53,269 bases of DNA from Spirochaetota bacterium (lineage in GTDB: Bacteria; Spirochaetota; Spirochaetia; DSM-2461): positions 1-53,269 of the forward strand of contig QNBK01000001.1 of assembly GCA_003644105.1 (NCBI GenBank), in the 5' to 3' direction. Shown here piece after piece: positions 28,821 through 38,811 of this stretch. Under the pieces are notes generated by a model. It ran no database searches, was not told the DNA's origin, and worked only from the letters and a program-made list of their open reading frames with translations. Position 1 is the first letter of the stretch; each line of letters starts with the position of its first letter. Both the position numbers and the translations under genes were made by a program.

Positions 28821-29753
28821 ATGTCAGATTTCAAGTATCAACCGTCTCATCATGTACCTTTCCGAGATATGGAAGTTCTTGAAAAGGTTAGAAAAATAAA
28901 GCGGAAAGATATCGAAAATCATTCCAATCCTGATTTTAACATTATGGTAAAATCAGCGCATGAAATCGGGCTGATTTTTATTACAGATATTTTTTACAGA
29001 ATTAAAGAGGCATCGGATAAGGGCGAGAAACTGATTCTCATATTCCCCAATCCGGTACCGGACTATAAAGATGTGGCATTCCTTATTAACAAATTCAGGG
29101 TGAACTGTAATAATCTCTACATATTTGCAATGGATGAGTATGCGGATGAGAATGGCAATATTGCCCCGGAAACCTGGCGATGGGGCTTCAAGTATGCCAT
29201 GTACGATAATTTTTATTACCGGATAGATGAGGATTTACGCCCACCAAAAAGTCAGATTCTCGGACCGACAACTGAGAATATCGGGGATTACGGTAAGATG
29301 ATTGCAGATATGGGCGGAGCTGATGCCTGCTACAGCGGTCCCGGGTGGACAGGTCACCTTGCATTCATAGAACCGGATGCTCCGGAGTTTGAAGGAACGC
29401 TGGAGGAATGGAAGCAGATGGGACCGAGAATTGTTACCCTGAGTCCCTTTACCCTGGCGCAGAATTCTCTCCATGGCAGTTTTGGTATGAGTGGAGATAT
29501 TGCCAGAGTTCCACCGAAAGCGGCAACCATCGGACCCGCCGAAGTGATTGCATCAAAGTTCAGGATGGATGTCAATTCGCTCCTGATTCATGGCACCCAG
29601 ACTACATGGCAGCGGCTGATAACCAGGCTGGTTGCTCATGGTCCGGTAACACCTAAACTTCCCACTTCGATTCATCAGCTGTTGAAAACTGATTTTTATA
29701 TTTCAGAGGATATTGCCAGAAACATTGAGGATGACTGGGACAAAGGATATTAG
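28821..29753 (+). CDS. Glucosamine-6-phosphate isomerase/deaminase (NagB)-like protein
   Basis: FAMDEY, GPGWTGHLAFIEP (NagB has GIG.NGHI.FNEP), A.TIG, P.S..Q. Confidence 0.72.
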   Translation: MSDFKYQPSHHVPFRDMEVLEKVRKIKRKDIENHSNPDFNIMVKSAHEIGLIFITDIFYRIKEASDKGEKLILIFPNPVPDYKDVAFLINKFRVNCNNLYIFAMDEYADENGNIAPETWRWGFKYAMYDNFYYRIDEDLRPPKSQILGPTTENIGDYGKMIADMGGADACYSGPGWTGHLAFIEPDAPEFEGTLEEWKQMGPRIVTLSPFTLAQNSLHGSFGMSGDIARVPPKAATIGPAEVIASKFRMDVNSLLIHGTQTTWQRLITRLVAHGPVTPKLPTSIHQLLKTDFYISEDIARNIEDDWDKGY

Positions 29754-29964
29754 AAAAAAAAGACGGACCTGCCCCTTTTATCAGGTCAGGTTCGTTTATC
29801 TGTTTCTCCAAGGACATTCCAGCGGCCGGAAGTGTTATCAGTTTTTCTTTATCCCGTTCTGTCTGAGCATTGAATACTTTCCGACGGGCTTTAGCATTCT
29901 TCTTCATATTCTTACTGTTCTTTGCCGCAATATTCCTCAGAAAGAAGGCCTAAGGAGGTTTGTG

Positions 29965-30820
29965 ATGAGTAGATTAAATCTCTCTGTGCTATCCGAGAAA
30001 GAAGTATTAAAACTGCATAAGAATATCCTGGAAATATTGGATAAGACCGGGGTTAAGATTCCGCATCCGGAAACTCTGGGAAAATATAAGCCTGCCGGGG
30101 TACGGTCATTCCTCCCCCGAAGCTTGTCGAAGAACTCGGGAAGCTCGCCCCGCCAGTGGCAAAAGAAACTGGCTTAAATGGAAAGATTTTGAATATAGGC
30201 GGGAATAACCGTTATTACACATCACTGATACCGAATCCATGGATTGCAGATTATAACGAGGGTCTCAGGCGTCCTGTGCTGGAGGAAGTCAGAACAAATA
30301 CCATAACCGGTGAGTCCCTTCCGAATGTAGATGCGCTGATGAGGATGGCTGGAACTGGATGGATATTATAGAAGTTATTGCTGACTCCTCCGGTTTGGAT
30401 GTGAATATAACAGCTCTGTTGAGTCTTGCCGTAGCTGTTACCAGCCTCCTTCAATTTTACCCGCTGAATATTGGAATCCTCAAGATGACAGTCAGCCTAT
30501 GTTATCCGGTATTCCATACTGCCGGGCTTTCTACGATAGATATGAAAACCGGGGAAGATTTCTATTACTGTGCCGAGAAGGTGCATTATAAGATAACCTG
30601 TATTCAGATGGGTCAGTTTTATAACCTCCCCATAAGTGGTGAAGCAGGAGGAATGCTGACCCACCGGGCTGATTTTCAGAACGATGCAAAAAGGATTCTC
30701 TATTTGTCAAGTCCCACAGCGGTGAAACCAGATAGTATCAGAACTGCAATTAAAGAATTTTTAAAACCAAATACAACAACCCCTCAAACTCAGATCGCCG
30801 ATAAAAAACAGAAAGGTTGA
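29965..30820 (+). pseudogene. Degraded trimethylamine methyltransferase (MttB) superfamily gene
   Basis: AAGGAGG-ATG; LS..EV..LH...LEIL..TGV.I.HPE.L N-terminus; IDMKTG and QMGQFYNLPISGEAGG......D.Q further on; split over three frames and much shorter than a typical MttB. Confidence 0.72.
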
Positions 30821-30824
30821 AAAA

Positions 30825-33146
30825 ATGAACAGTAACTGGACCTTCACAGAAACAGACAAACAACTGGTTGATGAATTAGGAGGAATGGTTCCTCCGGAAG
30901 TGTTTGATGCCCATGCTCATATCTACCGTAAGGCTGACTTGAATATCACCGGTGATAATTTCTGGAATGAGGGACCGGATAGAGTTGATATCGGGGTTTG
31001 GGAAAGAGAAATGAAGAAGATCTTCCCGGATTCAAAGTTGCAGGGGGGGCTGTTTCTTTCCACTCCCGCCCCGGATTGTGATATCAGGAGGATGAACAGT
31101 TTTCTGATAACAGAACTTGAATCACATCGGGGTTCCCGGGGGCTGCTGCAGTTCTCCATGGATTCTGATCCGGGAGAGTATGCGGAACTCATCAAGACTG
31201 AAGGTATTGCCGGGTTCAAACCCTATCACTTTTCCAGTAAGAAGAGTCCGACTTCGGATTCTCTTATCTCTGATTTCATGCCTGAATGGGTCTGGGCCAT
31301 GGCTGATAATCAGAATCTTGTAATTACCCTGCACATTGTCAGGTTTAAGGCCCTGGCCGATCCGGACAATCAGAAAACAATCCTTTCAATGTGCCGGAAA
31401 TATTCAGGAGCAAAGCTCATTCTGGCCCATGCGGGCAGGGGGTTTAACGCTTTTAATACGGTGAGTGGAATTGCAACACTCACAGGTTTGAATAACATCT
31501 GGTTTGATATGTCTGGAATATGTGAAGCAGAGTCTCTCCTTGCAATCCTGCATGAATTCGGGCCCTCCAGGCTGCTTTGGGGAAGTGATTTTCCCATCTC
31601 TCAGATCAGAGGCCGGGCTGTTACCCTGGGAGATGGTTTTGCCTGGCTTCAGAGCGGTACTATCGACTGGAACAATCCTGATCTGGGCGGTAAGCCTCAA
31701 CCGATTCTGCTGGGCCTGGAGTCTCTTCGTGCATTTAAAACCGCATCGGATGAGTTCGGTTTGAATCGGGAAGATGTGAAGGATATCTTCTGCAATAATG
31801 CCCTGAATCTGTTGAAGATTGGAGAAAGAAGCGGGAGGAAAACTCAGGAGGCCTACCGTGATGCCAAAATGAAGATACCAGGAGGAACGCAACTTTTAAG
31901 TAAGCGTCCGGAAAATATGGCTCCCGAGCAGTGGCCGCCCTATTTTACTGAGGCTTCCGGCTGTATGGTTCAGGATCTTGATGGGAAACGTTACATCGAT
32001 ATGACTACCAATGGTATCGGGTCCTGTCTGCTGGGCTTCAAGGATCCGGATGTGAACAGGGCTGTGAGACGCCGGGTAAATCTTGGCAGTCAAAGCACTT
32101 TGAATCCCTATGATGAAGTTAGACTGGCTGAGAAGTTATGTGAAATACACCCCTGGGCCTCCCAGGTTCGATATTCCAGGACAGGTGGAGAAGCAACAAC
32201 CGTTGCCATCAGGATTGCCAGGGCAACAACAGACCGTTCCGTAATTGCAATCTGCGGTTACCATGTTTGGCATGACTGGTATCTGGCGGCCAACCTGGGA
32301 GAGAGTGACAGATTGCGGGGGCATCTACTTCCCGGCTTGAGTCCACTGGGTGTTCCTCGGGAACTTCGTGGAACCACTTTGGCCTTCACATACAACAACA
32401 GGAAAGAACTCGATGTGATTATTGCCGAAAATGGAGATAATCTTGCCGCAGTCATCATGGAGCCGGCCCGTTATCACGATCCGGAAGAGGGTTTTCTGGA
32501 GTATGTCCGAGATGCCGCACATCGTTGCGGAGCCCTGTTGGTCTTTGATGAGATTACCATTGGCTGGCGGCTTCATTTCGGCGGGTCCCATTTGAAGTTC
32601 GGTGTGAATCCGGACATTGCCGTGTTCGCCAAAGCTCTGGGAAACGGTTATCCCATCGCTGCTGTAATCGGAACCGATAATGCCATGGAAGGGGCCCATA
32701 CCTCTTTTATAAGCAGTACCAACTGGACCGAAGGTATCGGACCTGCGGCAGCCCTGGCCACCCTGGATAAGATGGAGGATATTGATGTGCCGGAACATGT
32801 TGCAAAGATTGGTAACCAGGTTATTTTTTATTGGAAACAGCATGCCGCATCGTACAATCTTCCATTGGTATTTGACGGCGGCTATCCCTGTCTGGCCCAT
32901 TTTCATTTTAATCATCCTAAAAGGGAAGAGCTGAGAACCCTCTACACCCAGCTGATGCTGGAACGGGGTTTTCTGGGTTCCGGGACTATTTATCCGACTC
33001 TGGCCCACAGCGAGGAAATTGTTGAGCAGTACGGCGAGGCCATCGCTCTGGTATTCCGGGATATCTCAGAAATCCTGAATCAAGGTGATATTGAAGAGAG
33101 TCTGAAGGGGCCCGTTGCCCACAGCGGTTTCAAGCGTTTATTGTAA
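30825..33146 (+). CDS. Fusion of an amidohydrolase_2 TIM barrel and a class III aminotransferase (GSA-aminomutase-like)
   Basis: N-terminal DAHAH, LHI, LAHAG, WGSDFP; C-terminal IPGG.QLLSKR, DLDG.RYID, VFDEI, AVFAKALGNGYP. Confidence 0.85.
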   Translation: MNSNWTFTETDKQLVDELGGMVPPEVFDAHAHIYRKADLNITGDNFWNEGPDRVDIGVWEREMKKIFPDSKLQGGLFLSTPAPDCDIRRMNSFLITELESHRGSRGLLQFSMDSDPGEYAELIKTEGIAGFKPYHFSSKKSPTSDSLISDFMPEWVWAMADNQNLVITLHIVRFKALADPDNQKTILSMCRKYSGAKLILAHAGRGFNAFNTVSGIATLTGLNNIWFDMSGICEAESLLAILHEFGPSRLLWGSDFPISQIRGRAVTLGDGFAWLQSGTIDWNNPDLGGKPQPILLGLESLRAFKTASDEFGLNREDVKDIFCNNALNLLKIGERSGRKTQEAYRDAKMKIPGGTQLLSKRPENMAPEQWPPYFTEASGCMVQDLDGKRYIDMTTNGIGSCLLGFKDPDVNRAVRRRVNLGSQSTLNPYDEVRLAEKLCEIHPWASQVRYSRTGGEATTVAIRIARATTDRSVIAICGYHVWHDWYLAANLGESDRLRGHLLPGLSPLGVPRELRGTTLAFTYNNRKELDVIIAENGDNLAAVIMEPARYHDPEEGFLEYVRDAAHRCGALLVFDEITIGWRLHFGGSHLKFGVNPDIAVFAKALGNGYPIAAVIGTDNAMEGAHTSFISSTNWTEGIGPAAALATLDKMEDIDVPEHVAKIGNQVIFYWKQHAASYNLPLVFDGGYPCLAHFHFNHPKREELRTLYTQLMLERGFLGSGTIYPTLAHSEEIVEQYGEAIALVFRDISEILNQGDIEESLKGPVAHSGFKRLL

Positions 33147-33237
33147 AATATTTACATACAGCATGTAATCTCGTTTCCTGATCCGCTGAACTACCGGGCT
33201 ATGTCTAACCTCGCCAGAGGTCAATAAGAATAAAAAA

Positions 33238-34611
33238 TCAGGATAGAACCGCCGCCAATGCATCACGGACAGAGTGAATTACTTGTCCCTTACCGGGAAA
33301 TCCCCCGTTTTCATCGGCGGCCGCCGGGGCAAAAAAGCGTCCCAGTCCGGTATCCGAGGCCGTTTTAATACGCCGGCGCAGATGGGGCACCGGGCGAACC
33401 TCTCCGGCCAGGGAAATCTCTCCCACAGCTACCATGTCTCCGGGCAGGGCCTTGGCCGACCGGGCGGAGAAGAGGGCCAGAGCCAGTGCCAGCTCGGCAC
33501 CGGTATCGCTGATACGCAGGCCTCCGGCAACATTCACGTAGATGTCCTGATCAGACATGCGCAGGCCGGCATGACGTTCCAGTACAGCGGCGATTCTGCT
33601 CACCCTCGCGCTATCGATACGGTCTGAGTAAATTCGGCCTATTCCACCCTTGGATGGAACGGTAAGGGCCTGAATCTCCACCAGCAGGATACGGGACCCT
33701 TCATAAACGGCGGCAACAGCACTGCCCTGGGGAGGACCGTCTTTGCGATGTTCCAGAAACAGCCCTGCCGGGTCGGCTATGGGGGTTAAGCCGGTCGCTC
33801 CCATACGGAACAGGCCCACTTCATCCACCGAACCCATGCGGTTCTTAGAAGATCTGAGGATGCGTAGGTCGCTGGAGGAATGGTCGAAGTACAGTACCGT
33901 ATCCACCAGATGCTCAATCACTTTGGGGCCGGCGATGGTTCCTTCCTTTGTTACATGGGCTATCAGGAAGAGGGGAATCCCCGAGGCTTTGGCCCATGTT
34001 GTCAGCCGGTGCCCGGCAATCTTAAGCTGGCTGGGGGTTCCGGGTATGGAACCGGCTTCTTCTGAAACAAGAGTCTGTATGGAATCCACCACCAGGTAGG
34101 CCGGCTTGCGGTGGGCAAGGAGTTCGATAAGGGTTTCAAGGTTGGTTTCACAGAGTATCTCAAGGCTGTCCTGTGGAAGTTTGAGACGGTCGGCCCGGGT
34201 TTTTATCTGACCTGGAGATTCTTCCCCGGAGATATAAAGGCCTGTCCCCGGAAGATTCGCAGCTACTTGAAGCATCAGGGTGGATTTTCCGATTCCCGGT
34301 TCTCCACCCAGGAGTACGGCAGCACCGGGAGTCAGGCCTCCGCCGAGAACCCGGTCCAGTTCTTCATTTCCCGTAGGGTATTTCTGCGGAGGTGTCGGGT
34401 CTATTTCTTCCAGTATTTTCGGGGCGGCGTTATCACCGGGGAGAACCCGTCGCCGGGATCCGCCCATCGACGACGATTTCCCGGCCGGCGGACCGAGCCG
34501 GACTTCCTTGAAACTGTTCCACTCACCGCAGGCAGGGCAGCGGCCGAGCCACTTGGGCTCATCATGACCGCATGAGTCGCAGACAAACGCACTTGTTCTG
34601 CCCTTTGCCAT
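33238..34611 (-). CDS. radA: DNA repair protein RadA/Sms
   Basis: N-terminal C..CG...KW.GRCP.C zinc finger, GEPGIGKSTL, DSIQT, KNRMG (variant of KNRFG), Lon-like C-terminus. Confidence 0.95.
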   Translation of the reverse strand: MAKGRTSAFVCDSCGHDEPKWLGRCPACGEWNSFKEVRLGPPAGKSSSMGGSRRRVLPGDNAAPKILEEIDPTPPQKYPTGNEELDRVLGGGLTPGAAVLLGGEPGIGKSTLMLQVAANLPGTGLYISGEESPGQIKTRADRLKLPQDSLEILCETNLETLIELLAHRKPAYLVVDSIQTLVSEEAGSIPGTPSQLKIAGHRLTTWAKASGIPLFLIAHVTKEGTIAGPKVIEHLVDTVLYFDHSSSDLRILRSSKNRMGSVDEVGLFRMGATGLTPIADPAGLFLEHRKDGPPQGSAVAAVYEGSRILLVEIQALTVPSKGGIGRIYSDRIDSARVSRIAAVLERHAGLRMSDQDIYVNVAGGLRISDTGAELALALALFSARSAKALPGDMVAVGEISLAGEVRPVPHLRRRIKTASDTGLGRFFAPAAADENGGFPGKGQVIHSVRDALAAVLS

Positions 34612-34613
34612 CC

Positions 34614-35636
34614 CTATCCTTCGGTGAAGCTGACAAGCTCCATTTCAAATATCAGCCAGCTGTTCGGTTCAATGGGGCCGTAGCCCTGATCGCCGTAGGC
34701 CAGAAACGGCGGAATAACAACTTTTCTGACTTCTCCGGGCTGCATGCCCATTACCATTTCAATCCAACCGGGAATAACGCCGTCTTTTCCCAGAATGAAA
34801 TCGAAAGTCTGATCTCTGTCCCTGGAACTGTCGAATACCGTTCCGTCGAGCAAGGTGCCGGTGTAATGCATGGACACCTGTGCACCGGGGCCGGGCTCTC
34901 CGCCTTCTCCGGTTTTGAGAACCTCGTAATAGATTCCCGTAGGGGTTTTCTGCCTTTCATCACCCAGGGCCAGAACCGCATCGGCCAGATCCGGACTGAT
35001 AATCCTCAGATTCTCAATTTCGGCGGTTTTGGCTTCGGCAAGGTGTTCGGCAAAGGAATCGGAGTTGAATTTGAGGCGCCTGGCCTCACCGCCAACTCTG
35101 ATGATACGGATGGACTCGATGGTATCTCCCCTGCGGAGCTTTTTTAGGGTTTTGATATTTGAAATCAGGCGCCCGAAGGCGGTGTATTTTGAGTCCAGGT
35201 AGGCATCACCTTCCAGAATGATAAAAAACCGGCTGCCGGCGGATTCCGTCGCAAATCCGTCCATTACCAGGATGCCCGGTGCTCCGGCACTGATAAGGGC
35301 GCCGGTTTCTCTGGGAATGGTGTAGCCAGGTCCTCCTGTTCCATCGCCTGAAGGGTCACCTGAAAAAAGGGCATACCCGGCAGCTTCCCGATAGAACGTC
35401 AGACCGTCGTAAAAGGGTTCACCGGGCTCTCGGTAATCGTTGGGAAGAGTTCCCTCGGCCAGACCGCAGAAATTCGTAACGGTGAGAGGCGTGCGGTCTG
35501 GATCCAGGCGGAAAATCATATTCCCGCGGTTGGTTGTAAAATCAGCATACAACCCGGGGCCGAGCTCGTCATCCGAACCGGAGGCCCACAGGAAGTAAGG
35601 CATAATCATCAGAAACACGATAATGATGCGTTTCAT
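34614..35636 (-). CDS. Cyclophilin-FKBP fusion peptidyl-prolyl isomerase with a divergent cyclophilin domain
   Basis: PLTVTNFCGLAEG, FYDGLTF, GTGGPGY; FKBP motifs HYTGTLLDGTVFDSS, VIPGW, LAYG. Confidence 0.88.
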   Translation of the reverse strand: MKRIIIVFLMIMPYFLWASGSDDELGPGLYADFTTNRGNMIFRLDPDRTPLTVTNFCGLAEGTLPNDYREPGEPFYDGLTFYREAAGYALFSGDPSGDGTGGPGYTIPRETGALISAGAPGILVMDGFATESAGSRFFIILEGDAYLDSKYTAFGRLISNIKTLKKLRRGDTIESIRIIRVGGEARRLKFNSDSFAEHLAEAKTAEIENLRIISPDLADAVLALGDERQKTPTGIYYEVLKTGEGGEPGPGAQVSMHYTGTLLDGTVFDSSRDRDQTFDFILGKDGVIPGWIEMVMGMQPGEVRKVVIPPFLAYGDQGYGPIEPNSWLIFEMELVSFTEG

Positions 35637-35648
35637 TAAGAGACTCTC

Positions 35649-36689
35649 CTAGAAATCGAGGAGCTCGACATCAAACACCAGCCAGGAATCGGGAGGAATC
35701 GGGCCGATCCCCCGGCTTCCATAAGCCATCTCCGGGGGAAGAATGATGATGCGGCGTTCGCCTTTCTTCATATCCAGAAGAGAGACATCCCAGCCGGGAA
35801 TTACCTGTCCGCCGCCCACATTGAACTGGAATGGTTCATTCCGGTCCCGGGAGCTGTCAAACTGGGTGCCGTCCATAAGTGTACCGGTGTAGTGGACGGT
35901 TATTTTGGCACCTTGAGCCGGCTTACTGCCGGTTCCTTCTGTTCTTACAACAAAGTAAATTCCGGTTTTCTCATCCCGGACCGCATCCGGCCAGCGGTTG
36001 GCAATATCATTCATAATTGCTTTATCTTCGTCCGCCTCAGCGGCGGATCTCCGGGTGGTCAGGCCTTTTTCGATTTCCTTGAACGTATCGGAATCAGCTT
36101 TATAGGTATTGGCTTCGGTGCCGACTCGGATAATGCTCAATTTCTTGATGGTGTCGCCCTGTTCTATGGCATTTACAACATCCTGACCCTGAATAACAGA
36201 GCCGAAAATCGTATGTTTTCCGTTGAGCCAGTCTGTGGGAACATGGGTGATAAAGAACTGACTCCCGTTGGTATCCGGTCCTGCATTGGCCATGGCCAGT
36301 TTCCCGGGGGCATCAAACACCAGCCCGTTGTCGGCTTCATCCGGGAACTTATAACCAGGGCCGCCTGAGCCGGTACCCTGAGGATCTCCCCCCTGAATCA
36401 TAAAATCCGGAATAACCCGGTGAAAGGTAAGGCCGTCGTAGAAATTGCCTTTTTTATTGGCAAAATCAAGATCGCCTTCGGCCAGTCCGACAAAGTTCAT
36501 TACCGTAAGTGGTGCTTTATCGGGGTAGAGTTCCACGATGATATTTCCCCGTTCTGTTTCGAAATCCGCATATAAACCGTCTTTCAGATCCGGTCCGTTT
36601 TCATTGCATGAAGTTGTCATAATGGCAAATATGAGCGCGAGTGCCGGGAGCAAAATCCCACGCCTGTAACTCGAAAGGCTCATGTGCAT
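35649..36689 (-). CDS. Cyclophilin-FKBP fusion peptidyl-prolyl isomerase, probable lipoprotein
   Basis: [38 protein letters not shown]; FKBP motifs HYTGTL.DG.QFDSS, VIPGW; TTSC lipobox-like site. Confidence 0.93.
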   Translation of the reverse strand: MHMSLSSYRRGILLPALALIFAIMTTSCNENGPDLKDGLYADFETERGNIIVELYPDKAPLTVMNFVGLAEGDLDFANKKGNFYDGLTFHRVIPDFMIQGGDPQGTGSGGPGYKFPDEADNGLVFDAPGKLAMANAGPDTNGSQFFITHVPTDWLNGKHTIFGSVIQGQDVVNAIEQGDTIKKLSIIRVGTEANTYKADSDTFKEIEKGLTTRRSAAEADEDKAIMNDIANRWPDAVRDEKTGIYFVVRTEGTGSKPAQGAKITVHYTGTLMDGTQFDSSRDRNEPFQFNVGGGQVIPGWDVSLLDMKKGERRIIILPPEMAYGSRGIGPIPPDSWLVFDVELLDF

Positions 36690-36792
36690 CCTCCTGATGT
36701 ATTCAACGGCGGCAATACCGCCTTTTGGGCGTCAGTATACTCAAGAGTAGGCCCGAGGGTCGACCCGATGATAAGAGACTCTTTCTCTCTCT

Positions 36793-37506
36793 TTAAACTT
36801 CAGTTCCAATCGCTGTCTCGAGGGCCAGCTCCATCATCTGAGTAAAAGTTTTTTCCCGCTCTTCTGACGTGGTTTCCTCTTTGGAAACAAGGCTGTCGCT
36901 GACGGTAAGCAGACACAGGGCTTTAACCCCGAAACGGGCGGCCAGTGTGTAGAGAGCGGCAGCTTCCATCTCGATGGCCAGAACCCCGTATTTCGCCCAT
37001 TTCTTCCAGGATTCGGGGTTCTCGTCATAAAAAGTGTCCGATGAGAGAATATTGCCGGCCTTAATCTTCATACCAAGTTCGGCGGCAATGCTGCCGGCTT
37101 TTGAAATAAGATCCCAGTCGGCGGTGGGGGCATAGTTCATCCCTTCAAAACTTCGGCTTACCATCGAAGAATTGGTTGAAGCACTGATACCCAGTACCAG
37201 ATCACGAAGCTTCACTTCCGGTTGAATCGACCCGCAGGATCCCACTCGAATCAGGGTTTTTACATCGTGGAAATTAATCAGCTCATGGACGTAGATGGAA
37301 TGGGAGGGCATACCCATACCGGTTCCCTGCACGGAAACATCAACACCTTTGTATGTACCTGTATAGCCGTACATGCCCCTCACTTCGTTGTAGCAAACGG
37401 CATTCTCGAGATAGTTATCCGCAATAAACCGGGCTCGTAAAGGGTCGCCGGGGAGGAGAACTCTGGGCGCTATGGCACCTTGGGGTGCGCCGATATGGAT
37501 ACTCAT
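36793..37506 (-). CDS. deoD: Purine nucleoside phosphorylase (DeoD type)
   Basis: [46 protein letters not shown]. Confidence 0.95.
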   Translation of the reverse strand: MSIHIGAPQGAIAPRVLLPGDPLRARFIADNYLENAVCYNEVRGMYGYTGTYKGVDVSVQGTGMGMPSHSIYVHELINFHDVKTLIRVGSCGSIQPEVKLRDLVLGISASTNSSMVSRSFEGMNYAPTADWDLISKAGSIAAELGMKIKAGNILSSDTFYDENPESWKKWAKYGVLAIEMEAAALYTLAARFGVKALCLLTVSDSLVSKEETTSEEREKTFTQMMELALETAIGTEV

Positions 37507-37549
37507 AAGGTATCATAAGATGCCTGACGCCCTGGAGCAAGTCTTAAAA

Positions 37550-38713
37550 TCAGAGCTCTCTGGATATCAGTACACCTTTCAGATCGGAAATTCTCTCCAT
37601 GGTTTTTTTGTTGACCTCTGAAGCTGAGATATTGATGATTGTATAGGCGGTATCTCCGCGTTCTTTGCTTATCATATCGCCTGTGGCAACACCCTCATCA
37701 GAGAGAATTGCCAGAATCTGCTTCAGTAATTCAGGGTTGTTCTTAGCAGCGGCAATAAGCCGTGGTCCACCGGCAGAATCCAGAGAACAGGCCGGAAAAT
37801 TCACTGAATTTTTAATGTTTCCGTTATTCAGAAAGTCCATCAGCTGGTTGGCGGCCATTACGGCGCAGTTTTCCTCGGCCTCAGCGGTTGATGCACCCAG
37901 GTGAGGAATTGAAAGCACTCCTTTCACACCCAGTAGCTCGGCGCTTGGAAAATCTGTTATGTAATAGGATATGGTGCCTGCATCCAGAGCTTGTTTTACA
38001 GCAGCATCCTCTACAAGTCCGCCTCGGGCAAAATTGAGTACCCGGAGACCGGCTTTTGCGTTTTTAAGATTCTCCACGTTAATCAGATTCTTCGTTGCCG
38101 GAAGCAGCGGTACATGAACGCTGACATAATCACAGATTTCCATAAGTTTATTAAGATTTTCACAGAACTTCACACTGTTGGATAAGTTCCATGCGCCGGG
38201 AATTGAAATGTAGGGATCGTAACCATACACCTCCATACCGAGACTGAGGGCCGCATTGGCCACCAGTCCACCTATGGCTCCCAGGCCGATTACACCGAGG
38301 GTTTTCCCACTGATTTCCGTTCCGGCGAAGTTGGATTTTTCCTTTTCCACAGTTTTGGCCAGATTCTCATCGGCCGTCTGTCCTTCTATCCAGCTCATGC
38401 CCTCGTGGATGCGTCTTGCTGAAAGAAGCATTCCGGCAAACACCAGTTCTTTAACGCTGTTTGCATTGGCTCCCGGCGTGTTGAATACAACGATTCCACG
38501 GTCGGTACAGGCATCTACAGGTATGTTGTTTACTCCGGCTCCTGCCCTGGCAATGGCCTTGACTGAGGATTTAATTTCGCTTTCGGATAGTTTATAACTG
38601 CGTAACAGGAGAGCATCTGCCGCTGATATTTCATCAGCAACCTCGTACTCTTTCCGATCGAACAAATCGAGTCCTACGGGCGAAATCTTGTTGTGTGTCT
38701 GAATTTTAAACAT
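37550..38713 (-). CDS. serA: D-3-phosphoglycerate dehydrogenase with C-terminal ACT domain
   Basis: ARAGAGVNNIP, NTPGANANSVKE, GLGAIG, NFARG, TDFP, PHLGAST.EAE.NCA. Confidence 0.88.
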   Translation of the reverse strand: MFKIQTHNKISPVGLDLFDRKEYEVADEISAADALLLRSYKLSESEIKSSVKAIARAGAGVNNIPVDACTDRGIVVFNTPGANANSVKELVFAGMLLSARRIHEGMSWIEGQTADENLAKTVEKEKSNFAGTEISGKTLGVIGLGAIGGLVANAALSLGMEVYGYDPYISIPGAWNLSNSVKFCENLNKLMEICDYVSVHVPLLPATKNLINVENLKNAKAGLRVLNFARGGLVEDAAVKQALDAGTISYYITDFPSAELLGVKGVLSIPHLGASTAEAEENCAVMAANQLMDFLNNGNIKNSVNFPACSLDSAGGPRLIAAAKNNPELLKQILAILSDEGVATGDMISKERGDTAYTIINISASEVNKKTMERISDLKGVLISREL

Positions 38714-38774
38714 TTCCTGCCTCCGAATCCGACAAATTGCCGGGGCGTTAAGATTAGTTGTGATTCCCAAGCGA

Positions 38775-38811
38775 AATGAGCGGAATGAACTTGTTCATTC
38801 CCGAATGAGCG
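38775..38811. repeat. Palindromic element flanked by short direct repeats
   Basis: GGAATGAAC-TT-GTTCATTCC (38782-38801) with AATGAGCG at 38775 and 38804. Confidence 0.5.

Noticed and set aside
29653-29907. 84-aa minus-strand ORF, possibly a mobile-element remnant
   Set aside because: No recognisable motif, terminal repeats or RBS; overlaps the NagB-like gene
32325-33008. 227-aa antisense ORF
   Set aside because: Lies wholly opposite the aminotransferase domain; typical shadow ORF
36774-36792. Short (CT)n-like tract after deoD
   Set aside because: Too short and imperfect to call a functional repeat
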